Shown here one piece after another: positions 9,975 to 21,900 of a stretch of 41,784 nt of DNA. The notes beneath the pieces were generated by a model, which saw nothing but the letters and a program-made list of their open reading frames with translations, ran no database searches and was not told where the DNA came from. Origin of the DNA: Saprolegnia diclina VS20 (taxonomy: Eukaryota); contig NW_008246093.1 in assembly GCF_000281045.1 (NCBI RefSeq), forward strand, positions 129,776-171,559, written 5' to 3'. Within the stretch, counting starts at the first letter, position 1; each line of letters starts with the position of its first letter. The translations under genes were made by a program, and so were the position numbers.

Positions 9975-10783
9975 TTGCGGCAAAGTGCAAGATTTATGGG
10001 GCCATTGTATACGGAAAGCGTCCGGATGGTGTTGAGTCGACAGGCCGAGGGAGTGGCGCGTGGCGACGGGCCGACGTCGCAGCCACCGACGGCCACAGCA
10101 AACCACGATCGTCGGTAGCTATCAACACTGCAGTGGTTGTCGCATGAGCGATGCGACGGTCACACCGGCGCCGGCGGCGAGATTGCACTTGGCGGCTGAC
10201 GGTTGTCATCCTGGCATGGTGCCTGATGTCGGCAAAGCGAGCTGGCGACACTCGCCTCGTACAGAGATGGCCATGTCGTTAGGACATTGTGTGGTGGATA
10301 GAAGACGTGAGCGACGGCGTCGACACGAGATTGTCGTTGTCTCGGGCTGCCACGCAGTGGATCGGTTTGAGTGGTCCAACTTCAACCATGTGGGAATCAT
10401 TCTCACAAGTGGCAAAGTCCAGTTCTGGGTGAAGTCCAGTTGTGGCGTCTGGTCAAGCGTTTGGTTGCCGGACCCGGCACGGTGTCGATAGGAAGATAGG
10501 TCGGGTGACAAAATCTTCTTCCTCTGGTGTCGGTCGAGGTTGTCAGTACGCAGAATTTCAAAGTTGTTGTTGATGCCAAGCAGCGTCGTCGTCAAACGTG
10601 GCGCCGGAGCTAGCGTGCCAATGGTCCGAGTGGGACCAGAGCGAACGACCATTGGGTCGACCCGCGATGACGTCATTGTCGCGACCTCCACAAAGGTGCA
10701 CTTCATACCGACGACATTTGATATATGTACTAACGTAGTCTACTAAACGTTTGGCGGCCGCGCTCCAGTCCATATATAGTCGA

Positions 10784-11821
10784 TTAAAAGGTCACCGAGT
10801 GGCGGTCGTCGTCCGGTGCGGCGTTGTGGTTGTTGTTGCGGTTGCTACCGTGGTTGGTGGTGGTGGTCGACGTCGTCGTCGTGTTGAGCAAATGCATGTC
10901 TCGGTTCGTCACCACGGGCGCCGGCGCCGGCATTTGGCTCGCTTGGACGATTGCGGGCTTGGCACGGTACGGCGACTGCGGCGCGTAGCCGGATCCTTGT
11001 GGCTGGTACTGCTGCGGGCGTGGGTCATGGTACCCGATCGTTGGCTGGTAGCCCGTTTCAACGTCGTACGAATGCGTCTGCTTGACGTCATACGGGCTCA
11101 CATGCGTGCCCGAGACCGACTGCATCGAGTGCTTTCCGCTGCGGTGTTGGCTCTGGTAGATGTGGTCTTCGACCTCGTCGTCGTCGTCGCCGTCCCGCGT
11201 CTTGCGGATGAGCACGATCACGATAACGCCAATGAGGAGCAGCGCCGCACCGCCGCCCACAAAGTACGGCCACGAGCCAATGCCACTCGATTGTTCGACG
11301 GCAGCACCGTTGGTTGCCGTGTTGTTCTGACTGCCCGAGGTTGAGCCCCTGGTGTTGGAGCCACCATTCGGTGCGCTCGGCGTCGACGGCCGGCGCGTGC
11401 TACCGGATGGCGTGTTGGGCGAAGACGTGGGCGTGCCAGGTAGAGACGTCGGTGTACCCGGCGCCAGCGTCGGCGTGCCAGGGGCCAACGTCGGTGTGCC
11501 TGGCGCGATCGTCGTCGACGCGACGGGCGTCGTGGGGACCGAGGACGTTGTGCTGGGTGTGGTCGTGACGACGGCGTTCGCGCCACAGTCGGACATGCCC
11601 TTGAATGGGCACGTGCCTGCTGTCGTGTACGCGTAGCACGCGACGCCCTGCGACTGCACTTCGTAGCAGGGCGCTTGGAGGTTGCCAATGGCCTGGGCGG
11701 CCGTGAGCTTGTTGGCCGAGGTGAACTGCGCGCCTGCATAGCAGCTTGTCGCTGCGCATGCGGTCGACGCCTGGGCGCTGACGCTGGACACAGCTACAGC
11801 GGCGAGGAGCGAGAGACGCAT
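10784..11821 (-). CDS. Type I membrane protein: signal peptide, six-Cys ectodomain, Thr/Pro/Ser mucin stalk, single TM, cytoplasmic tail (345 aa)
   Basis: MRLSLLAAVAVSSVSA signal; C-x4-C...PCY...CYAY...TCPF...DC module; TP-rich stalk; TM WPYFVGGGAALLLIGVIVIVLI followed by RK; Tyr/Gln/Pro-rich tail ending HSVTF. The 5' part of the 479-aa ORF looks non-coding. Confidence 0.85.
   Translation of the reverse strand: MRLSLLAAVAVSSVSAQASTACAATSCYAGAQFTSANKLTAAQAIGNLQAPCYEVQSQGVACYAYTTAGTCPFKGMSDCGANAVVTTTPSTTSSVPTTPVASTTIAPGTPTLAPGTPTLAPGTPTSLPGTPTSSPNTPSGSTRRPSTPSAPNGGSNTRGSTSGSQNNTATNGAAVEQSSGIGSWPYFVGGGAALLLIGVIVIVLIRKTRDGDDDDEVEDHIYQSQHRSGKHSMQSVSGTHVSPYDVKQTHSYDVETGYQPTIGYHDPRPQQYQPQGSGYAPQSPYRAKPAIVQASQMPAPAPVVTNRDMHLLNTTTTSTTTTNHGSNRNNNHNAAPDDDRHSVTF
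11422..11507 (-). repeat. Coding 21-bp tandem repeat (about 4 copies of APGTPTL-like heptapeptide)
   Basis: Peptide IAPGTPTLAPGTPTLAPGTPTSLPGTPTS; DNA units diverge at synonymous sites. Confidence 0.8.
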
Positions 11822-12508
11822 GCCTATTTGGTCAATGAGGCGGTCGGTCGAAGCTTCGCTGCCAGAAGCTCGTCGAAACGCTGCACCGTATCTCGGGCTT
11901 CGAGCTTCGAACTTCGATTCCGTCGCAGCACGTGGCAGCACGAGCGCGTCGCACGGCCCCACACCACGCTCACTCGATCCGATGGCAGCGGCAAGTCCTG
12001 TAGCCTGCACCCGCCATCCCATCGCGCGGAACGACAACGCACGCACTCGATCGTCCAACGACCGACGACCGCACGCAGATAGACAGGGAGAGACGCGCGG
12101 GCGTTGCTCGAAGCCGAGGACGAGACGCGGCGCGTTCCCAGCTGGTGCATCCCGAAGTTCGAAGATCGAAAAAGCACGTTCGCGCTGGCCAGGCGGCGCC
12201 GCCACGGCAGCGCGTCGGGCCATTACCAGCGACGAATGGCTGGTTACGCTGGATCACCGCGTTCGCTTGGTCAACGTCCCCGCGTTGGCTTTGCCTCCCG
12301 CTGCCTGCTCGTAGCGTTGCATGTAGCTAGTGACCGATCCTTATCGCGTCGGAACCGGTCAACCAACGCTGTGCCTGACCATCCTGACAGGTCTCTGGTT
12401 GTGTCTCTGGTCATACCTCGCAATTGGCTATATCACACACATCACCGATATGCTAGCGGAGTAATGCGAGGCGTGTACTGAATGCATTCCGCAACAGAGT
12501 CAAGTTGC

Positions 12509-14067
12509 CTACGCGGTCGATTTGTGGGCAGCACCGATCGCGTCGTGGACGGACGCAAAGCCGTCGCGCTGCAAGCACGCAGCGAGCTCTTCCTTGATGC
12601 GCGGCTAGAGCCACATTGCACTTTCATAGTCGAAAATGAGGATACGAACGTACCACCGCCATCGGGCCATCGTACACGAGACACGAGTACATTTGGACGA
12701 GGGTGGCGCCGGCGCGGATCTTCTCGTACGCGTCTTGGCCGGTCGCGACGCCACCGACGCCGATGAGCGGGATCTTGCCGTGCGTCAGCGCGTACATGGA
12801 GTGGAGCACCTTGGTCGAGATGTCTTTGACCGGGGCGCCGCTGAGACCGCCCGTCTCACCCTTGTGCTCGCTGGGCGTCAATGGCGTCAGCGCGCTTTCC
12901 AGGTGGAAGGACAACGTCTTACCTTGTGAGCGATTCGGGGCGCGAGATGGTCGTGTTGGACACAATTAGTCCGTCAATCTGCAGCGCGAGGGCAACGTCC
13001 GCAATGTCCTTTTGGTCTTCGGGCGTGAGGTCGGGCGCAATCTTGACGAGAAGCGGCAGTCGCTTCCAGAGCTTGTTGCGGGCTTCAAGCACAGCCGCGA
13101 CAAGCGCCTCGAGCTCTTGCTTGCCCTGCACACACGGTCGTTTCGTGGGCCCTCTTGGTGGACTGGAGGAAGGAGTACCTGGAGCGAGCGCAGGCCGGGC
13201 GTGTTGGGCGACGAAATGTTGATGACCAAGTAGTCGCCGTACGGCCCGAGCTTTTCGACGCCGGCGACATAGTCGGCCTAGGGAAAGAACATTGTCATGT
13301 GGTATATAGACAATATCATGTTCGTACGATTGTGCTCGGCGACGTCTTGTTCTTGCCGAGGTTGATGCCGAGGGGCCCAGCGCGCACGGACGCGTACTGC
13401 GGCCGCTCGAGCGCCCAGTAGGCGTAGCGCTGGAGACGCTTCTGGACCGCATCGGCGCCAACGCTGTTGAAGCCATACCGGTTGATCACACCGCGGTCTT
13501 CAGTGAGACGGAACACGCGCGGCTTGGGGTTGCCGCTCTGCGCCAGCGGTGTGACGCTGCCAATTTCAACAAAGCCAAAGCCCATATCAAGAAGCCCTAG
13601 CATCGCCTGTTCGATACGAGTCGTCTGTTGGATCGAGCGCAGTACCTTGCATGGCTTCGGCGTGCTTGTCAAAGCCAGCGGCGATACCCAGCGGGTTGTC
13701 AAACGTGAGGTTGAAGGCCGTGACCTTGAGGCTCGGGTCGTCGTGGCGCTTGTCCTGCATGGGATTGGCAGGCAGTTTGCATTTTGACGAAAGCACGTAC
13801 CTTGGGAATGAGGCCATACTTGGCAGCCTTGACGGCGAGGATGTGCGCGGTCTCGGGGTCGAAGAGGCGCACGGCCGGCATGAGCACGGGGTCGCAGAGC
13901 GCCTTGAGGAGGCGCTGGCGGTTAAAGTAGATGAGGCCGGCGCCGACGCCGAGGAGCAGCGGCGTGAGCGGCGAGCCCGAGCCCGTCGGGATCGAGCTCA
14001 TGTGGCGCGCGGACGGCTGGCGGCGGCGGCTGACGGCGGCGAGTGGGCGGGCCACAGCACGAAACAT
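12509..14067 (-). CDS. DHODH: Dihydroorotate dehydrogenase (quinone), class 2, mitochondrial; multi-exon
   Basis: Arg-rich transit peptide plus [68 protein letters not shown] (catalytic Ser), [23 protein letters not shown]; last exon PRIKEEL...HKSTA-stop at 12509. Confidence 0.97.
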
Positions 14068-14765
14068 GTTGAAGAGTACGTGTGATTGGCTCGAATCGTA
14101 TCCAGTAAAGTGCAAACCTGTCGAATAGAATACAGAAGTATGCATTATAAGAGGTTTATACCAGGATCGGCCAGCTACTCGCGAACCCACGCTGCCTCAA
14201 CGACCGCGCAGCACCGAGGACACTGTAGACGGCGCCAGTAGTGGCAACGTCGTCGGGCAAAGCACAGTGAATAACTCTACGCAGCCATCCGAAGAAGGCT
14301 TCTTTGCTGATCACGTCAATCGAGACCGTCGACAGGTCGTCATCGCAGCAGCCGAATAGCTACGAGGCAGTGTAGATAACCTCCGTCGCTGCTTGCACCC
14401 AAGAGAGTGCAAGCAACTGCATTTGCGCTGTACACCATTTCTATGAACGATGGCAAGATGTAGGGCAGGGTGACCTCTAAATACCGTTGGGAGAGAGGTC
14501 GGTACAACCCAAAGATGGTCAAGCGTCGTCGTTAAGCTGGTAAGACCAAGGAGTAGCCAACCGTTTTCACCTTTTCTTTCTCAAAAGGTATTTTGCCCAT
14601 ACGGACTTCCGCCGCTGACCGTGTCCGTACAGAGCAGCATGCGTTCTGGTGGACAAAATGAGGCGCGTTGCCGCCTCTAGCGCAAATGGCACATCGATAT
14701 CGTGCTGCCGTATTTGTCGATTGCACTTTCTAAGCGGTTTCATTGTAACGCTGTTGCTGGTCGAG

Positions 14766-17700
14766 ATGCGCCCTGCGTCGGCCCCTCTGCGTCATCCGCT
14801 GCGCAAGGCGCCCGCAGGTGCACTCACCGGATCCATAGACCAAAGCTGCATTCGTCGATCATTAGGCAGCCAAAGTCCTTCGCTGGACTCGCCTGCCCGC
14901 CGCGCCCGCCGAGACGAGCCGTACTTGGCGCAACTTCAGCAGGTTCCACTCCTCCATTTCGATTGTGGTTGCATCCGTGTAGGTGGCATCGCCTGTCGTC
15001 AAGGCGCGCGTCGCCGCACGGCAAACAAGAGACTTCGTCGACGCCGTCTACAGCAGCGGCCCCAACGATGCGCTTTGCGAAGCGTACATACATACGTAGT
15101 GATCATAACTGCTACGCCTCGTAGGCCTCGGCGCAAGCCACGGCCCCAGACATGCGTCCCTGGACTTCGCCGCAAGCTTGAAGCCTCGCGCGAGCTCTCG
15201 TCCATCGTCAAACACCCAACGCGGCTTCTCGCCCAGCAGCTCGAGTCAGCGCTGGAGGCCCACATGAGTGGTCGACCGAACCAGACGAGCGATTTCCAGA
15301 GGGCGCTTTTGGACCAGACGGAAGACCACCATGCGTTTTTCCACAAGCTCGTTGAGTCGTTGGCGAGCCACTTGGAACTGCAGCCCGCGAGCGTCGGCGT
15401 ACGTAGTCTGCTTGCAGAACATCGATCGGACGGTCGAATGCAGGTTGGGACGTTCCTACGCCAGTTCTGGACTGTCTACGTTGACGGGTTGTACGAGCAC
15501 GTGGTGCATGCCAAGCGGTTGGGGCTCATCTTTTACAAAAGCCCTCCCGACCCCACGCTCCACCCCACGTACGTCCCACTCGCATCTCTCGCCACTACGA
15601 TGTCGATATCGTGATCCTATGGTGCCTATGAAAGGCGGCATCCGATCGAGGCGGACGCAATCATAGTACCAAAAACCAGCCCCGAGCTGTGCGTCTCCAA
15701 GGCTCCCGTGGGAATCCTGTCCGAGCGGCCACACTCTGCGATACCGCAGAGTTTGGCACTATACCGCGACGGACCGGAAATGACGGCTTTAAAGCGACTC
15801 TTGACCGCCAAGGTAAGCCGAGTAATGAGCTGCGAATGCGATGTCAAATACGATTGAACAAGGCGACCACACTGCGCGTGGAACTCGTGTCCATGCAGGT
15901 TCACGGCACGAGATCTTGGTCGCCCGCTCACCGCTGTGTGGTAGCGACTGCGCGAATCGATTTTTTCGTCTGTCGTCAACGCCCAAGCCATGAAACGCGT
16001 CGAGAAGGACAAGCGATCGCGTTTGCACTTGAGCCAGCAAATGGACCAGCACGCGTCGCTCATGCAGCGGTACCGACGTGGCATTCGAGCTGCCCAAACG
16101 ATCCTGTGCAGGTACGCCGCGGCGTCCCCGCGCGTCGTGGCAGCAGCGACCTTGATTCAGCGTATTCTCCGGCGAAAGATCGCGATCAAGCACTGCCACT
16201 TGCTTCGTCTCCTCGACCTCATGAAGGTCAAGTCGCAACCGCTCTTTGAGGAGAAGCTCCAGGTGCGACCATCATTCGACGCAACCATCATTCTCATGTG
16301 AGACATCCGATTTCTTATTGGGGCATTAGATGCGCGGTGCGCTGGCACTCGCGTCCGCGCCGTCGCCTGACATCCACACGCTGGAAGCACATTTTACGAG
16401 TATTGTGTGGGAGGTCCAGCGCCTCGTGCGCGACTTGTCGCTGGATTGGTGGAAACAGAGTTTGAGCGTACGACCCTCAACCGTCCGGTTTTCGAGTATG
16501 GACAAGTTGTCTAGGAAGAGCGCGCACGACTCGCGTGGGAGCTCGCCGACGTCTCGGACGATCTGAAACACGTGACGTCGCTCGTGTCGATTTTACTTCA
16601 AAATTGCGTTAACTGCATGGCGCAATACACGCCGACCAACGATTCGACGGTACCTTGCATCGTGGATTGGGGCTTTGTTGATTAACAATATGTCTGTACA
16701 GAGTTTACTGCGCTACGTGTCGCCAGCACCACTAATGATCGACTCGACCAAGCACATTGTTGATCAGATCACGCACACGAACCTGGCGATCGAAGACTAC
16801 ATCAACGCGCTCCGTCATAAAACGACAAAGGCAGCGCGGACCATCGCCCTTCAAGTATGTACAATATTGTCTTTCATCCCGATACAACCTTTGGGTGCGG
16901 GTAGACGGACGAAGGCAGTGGCTATGGCCGACACCCTTCCTACTTGGAGGCGCTCGCCAAGATCGCTGCGCTGTATGAAGCACCGCCCGACTCGGATTCG
17001 GACGACGACGAGTCCATCGTCGCGTACGGCTCGGCCGTATTTCTTTCACTTGTACCGCCGGAAATAAACTCGGTGACGCCAAGTGCCGACGTGACCTCGG
17101 TCGCACCAGCAGCAGCGCGTCGCGTCAAGCTCAGCGACACCAAGCGGCCAAAACGACGTCGGTACTTGGCCAGCAACACGTTGGCCAACATCCCAGCGGC
17201 ATTTGTCCCGATCTTCAAGCTTCTGGGGGTCACACGCGGCTACAAGGCGCGACCGCTCTCGTTGCCCAACCTCAAACTGCTCCTGCACGACCTCTACACT
17301 AGCCGCATGCTCGTCGAAGAGTACACGCGGCCGCTCCCGGAATTCATCTACCAGTTCTTCCTGCGCAAGTACGGGCTTCGCAAGGTGGCCGAGGCGCACG
17401 TCGTCGACTTGATGGCGTCACTCAAGAAATTTTGGCGCCACGACCCCGAGGTGAAGCTGGGGTTTAGGATATATTTTACATGGAACTAGGTCCACCTGTT
17501 TGCCCGATTTTGCGCGCTCAAAAATACGCTGCCACTCTCGATCGACGCGTTCGACTACTTTATCTGCCTCTTGGGTCATTTGCAGGCCGGTGATGGCCAG
17601 CAGGTAGGACACGATTTTGTTGCTGGGCGGTCGAGTCGATCGTTTTCTGCAGGCAGAGCCCGTGGTGCCGTACTCTCGCATTTTGAGCTTGCATCGTCAT

Positions 17701-18485
17701 GTACATCAGTCGAGCATTTGTCCGGTTGAGCATTTGGGTCGATGCTCTAGGCGGTCGCGTCGATCGCACTCTTTGAGCCACAGCGCATGCTCGAGCTGGT
17801 CAACTTCCAGCCAGGTATTTGTCTCTCTATTCTTGCGCATTTGCAATTGAGGGGTTGAGAAAGATCGTGGTGGTGATAGATATGTTGCTCATGCGGCTCG
17901 AGGGCCACATCAACGGCTTGCCCGATGTGATCAACGGCAAGCGTCTTGGTAGCCGTTGCACGCGTAAATGCGCCGACACACTAGGATTGGGGTAGGGGTC
18001 TCGGCCGCCCATATTTACTTGGACCGCCACGCGCTTCTCGCCTTGTACGTCTCGGAGTTTGAAGCGATTGAGCGCCAAGTCGAGCAGCATCTCAAAGAGG
18101 TTTTTCACATTTCGCACGAAACTGAGAAACTGGTAAACTTGTAGGTTTTTCAAAATGCCGACATTGACCACAACGGCGAATTGACGCTCGACGAGTTCAA
18201 CTCGATCGTGCAGAAGGTAGTGTCCATAGGTCACAGCGTGTGCTTGTGAGGCATTAGATTGAACCGACCCCCATGTGGGAAGCCCAACGCATGTTTTTCG
18301 AAGCCGTGGCGCTCACCGGCAACGCGCTCGCCGACGCGGTCACGTCCGAGGCTTTTGTTCGCGTGGCCAAAAAGCAAGGGCTGGGCGCTCGGTCCTTCCC
18401 CGATACGCGCCGACACGCTCTCACAGCGCCGATCGCGCTCGACCATGGGCTTCTCGCAAGCTATCACGCGCGGCATGCAGAGTAG
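14766..18485 (+). CDS. Uncharacterised multi-exon protein with IQ-like motifs and a C-terminal EF-hand
   Basis: Chain of short GT-AG introns links coding-biased exons; AAATLIQRILRRK (IQ-like), LPEFIYQFFLRKYGLRKVAE block, EF loop DIDHNGELTLDEF (~18160-18198); final exon ends HARHAE-TAG. The exact exon set is uncertain. Confidence 0.65.
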
Positions 18486-18970
18486 CCTAACACAAATTTG
18501 TACGATAATTGTGCAACACGAGCCTTTGCCCGAGCGGAAGAGTGAGGCCGCGGGGTCAGATACCTTTGTCCAAAGGCAGTGAAACCTATTACTCGTATGC
18601 AACGCGCTCCATCGTAGCTTTCTTGGTTGTCATCTCGTTCTAGCCAAATGCGCACGGCTTGCCCATGTAGTGAAAGGTGGTACTACAAGAACTGAGAGTG
18701 CAAGCGGATAGCGCAGCTGCTAGCGATAGAGTACTCACGACATCAACCCGCAAAATCATCAATCGTCAGCGAGAGAGCACGCAAGCGTCGTCGTTGCGAC
18801 AGAGCTCAACACACCAAGATACCTTCCGTCGAACCCAGCCGCCGCCACGCGGTACGAACACTCTTTTCGGATGTTTTGCATATGCTAGGTTTTATTCGTC
18901 ATTGATCTACATACTTGTTATCTACAATATACAATATACAATATACAGTAAACGCACAGTGCTTGTAGCC

Positions 18971-21900
18971 CTAGTCGGTGAGGGGTAGGGCGTACTGCGC
19001 TGCCAGCGCGAGGCGGCGGTCGGTCGGCTCGGTGCGCTTCTCGGGAAGAGCGATCGCAAAGATCCGCCAGACCTTGATGTCCAGCGCGTAGATCACGCGG
19101 CCACGTCGGAATGTGAGGATGCCGTTGAGCGCCGCAGACGCGCGATCGAGGTAGTAGACGCCGTCGTGGACCCAGTGGTCGTCGGTAAATAAGAACTTGG
19201 CCCCGGCCGAGAGGAAGAGCGAGTCTTGCGTGGGCTTCGGCGCGTTGCAGACGCGGCGAATGATCGCGTAGCTCGTAATGTTGGCACACAAGACAATACC
19301 AATCAACGCGACGAGACGCACGAGGTCGCCAATGACAATGGTCGCGCTACTGCAGACCACTTGGTAGTCGACGCGCACAATGGCACAAACTTTCGCCATC
19401 GACGCGGCGTGCGTCACGGGCGCCACGCGCGTCAAGATGAAGACCGTCGTCCACGCCAGAATGCTATTGGGCGTCGCATAGTAAAATGCAAACCCGTGGG
19501 TCGCAATTAACCCAATGTCGTTGACGACGGCGACGAGCCACGTGACCTCGGCGGCCGCGAGGAGCGTCTTGACCCAGCTCAAGGTCGGACTGAGAAAGTA
19601 TGAGAGCGACCCGGAGCGCTGCAGCTCGAGCGTTGCCGTCGACAGCACTGCGATCGCTGTCAAGCCGCGCACGAGCAGCAAGGGGCGGCCGACCCAGACA
19701 ATGGCCCCGACGCGACTCAATTCCATCATGTTGTAGCCTTCGATGCGGCCCCGGCTAAGTACAAAGTAGACAAAGACGAGCGACGAGATCGTAATCATAA
19801 CGACCGTCACGTACAGCGCGCCCGACCGCGCATAGTTGGCCAAAGTCGTCGGGAACTGCCACGAGACCACGTCCTGGCTAAACGGCGCGAGGTATTCCGA
19901 GAGCAAATTGAGCGTCTGCCCATCCCCTTGAAACGAAACGACTTCGCGCGTACCAAAGAGCCAATCACAGAGGTACCACCAGCCAAAAAAGTAGAAATTC
20001 GGGTCGTTGGCGTCGAGAATGTTGCGGTGGAGCACGCGCATCGACGCCGACTTGTTGTCGCCGACGTACTGCATGAGCTCGATGTTGAGGGCTTGGATCT
20101 GCTGGATCGAGCGGCGACTGATCGCGTTCATGTCCAGTGACGTCACGTGCGTCGACACAAACGCCACGCTCGACGCAAGGTACTTTTCGCAGTGCGCGTT
20201 GTGCCCTAAGTCTTGCGCGCAGATGGCGGGCATGTCGGCGCTGCTATCGACGTTGGCGAGCAGAGTCGAGAGCACGATGAACTCGCGGCTGGGCTGCACT
20301 TGGGTGTAAATGCCATTCGACGAGCACGCAATGCTGTACGAGAAGAGGTTAATGAGCCCCGCAACGATGCGCTGGTCGCCGCTGTCGCCTGTCTGCGGAC
20401 ACAGAATTGAGCCGCCAAACGACTGGAGATTCAAGGCGGCCCACGCTTGTGGGACGGGGCGCACCGCGTCGATCGGCAGAATCGTGTTGAAGTCGCTCTG
20501 CGCTGTTGCCGAGGCTGCGAGCGCCCCGCGGATCGCGCTCAAGAGCACGCGCACATCGTCGAGCACCGTCGCAGGCGGCGCAATGTACATCATGTCGACG
20601 GACCCAAACGGCCCTAATGTCGTCGTCGCTGCCGTAAAAACATTGTTGAGGGGTAGGGTAATCGTCCCGTTCTCAGCGAGCGCATCTTGCATCGAGTGAT
20701 TTGCAAACGCATACAAGCTGCTGCCAACGACCCAGCTCTTCCCCGCGAGGAGCGACGTATTGTGCTGCACGAGCGTCCAGTCGATCGCGAGCGACCAGTA
20801 CATTTTGAACGTCGACTGGAAGTCCACTTGCATCGAGCCGTTGAGGTACTGCAGGGTGAACGGGTACGAGACGCCGAGTGCATTGGTGATCTCGTAGCTG
20901 TTGATGAGTCCGATTTTCTTGTAGTTTTGCCACTGGGTAGTGTACGATGTGATGCCGTGCTTGGCCCAGTAGAACGCTTCGTCGGCGACACTGCCCTGGG
21001 GCCGCGACGCTGTTGTCGCCAGCCACGACTGCCCTTCCTTGGTCGTCAGCAGTGCGTCGCCGATTGCGAGGTCGAATGCGTCGCCCCAGCAGTCGCGAAA
21101 CGACGTCCACTCGACGTTGCGCAAGATCGACTCCAAGTACACGGCGCCATTCTTGGTCATGGAAGTACACCGCTGCTGGCGCGCCACCGAGGTCGCCATC
21201 GACCACGTTTTCTCAAAGTCCACAAAGCAGTACTGCGTAAAGATCCACGGGGCGTCGCAGCCGTCGTTGCTGCGGAGCGCCGCAATCGTGGCTGCGATTT
21301 CGGTTTGGAGCTCCGTGTACTGCAGCCGAGCGCCAAAGTTGGCGGGCGAGACGACCGCGGCCGTCGAGAGGCCGTAGAACGTTGTGGCCGCGACGCCGCC
21401 GCTGTCGAGACGAAAGCTCGAGGCGACGCTGTTTGCACCGAGCACGAGCTGCTCGTTGAACCAGTTGGCGAGAAACGCGTGGGCGCCGGTCATATTGAAG
21501 CTCGCCCAGCCAAGGTCGTTGGCCAAGTTGACCTGGGCGACGCTAATGTACGAGACAGACCCGGCCATGGACGCGACGACAAAGAGGACGCCGACGACAG
21601 CGACGACGCGCTCGTTGAGCGCCCGTTGCAAAAACGAGAAGAGGTTGTCGCGCTCGAGTGTCGACGATTTCGCAACGAGCGCCGAGTCGGTGACGGGCTT
21701 GGTTTGCGTCATGGACGTGTCGAGCTCCGTGAGGGGCGACGTGTACAAGGCGGGGGGTGCGAGCGACAACTGCGGCGCACGAAACAGTTTCTCGGTCGAC
21801 GCCGGATTCAGATCGTCCAAGATGACCCACAGTTTCAGATCAAACGTCTTTTCGCGCCCGAGCCGCGCGTACCCGTACAGGCCGCACATGATAGCCGTGA

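Noticed and set aside
10206..10706. 166-aa minus-strand ORF between TPS and the mucin-like gene
   Set aside because: No motifs and weak codon bias; likely UTR or promoter sequence
11822..12223. N-terminal 134 aa of the 479-aa ORF
   Set aside because: Non-ATG start and no coding character; a clear signal peptide starts at ATG 11821
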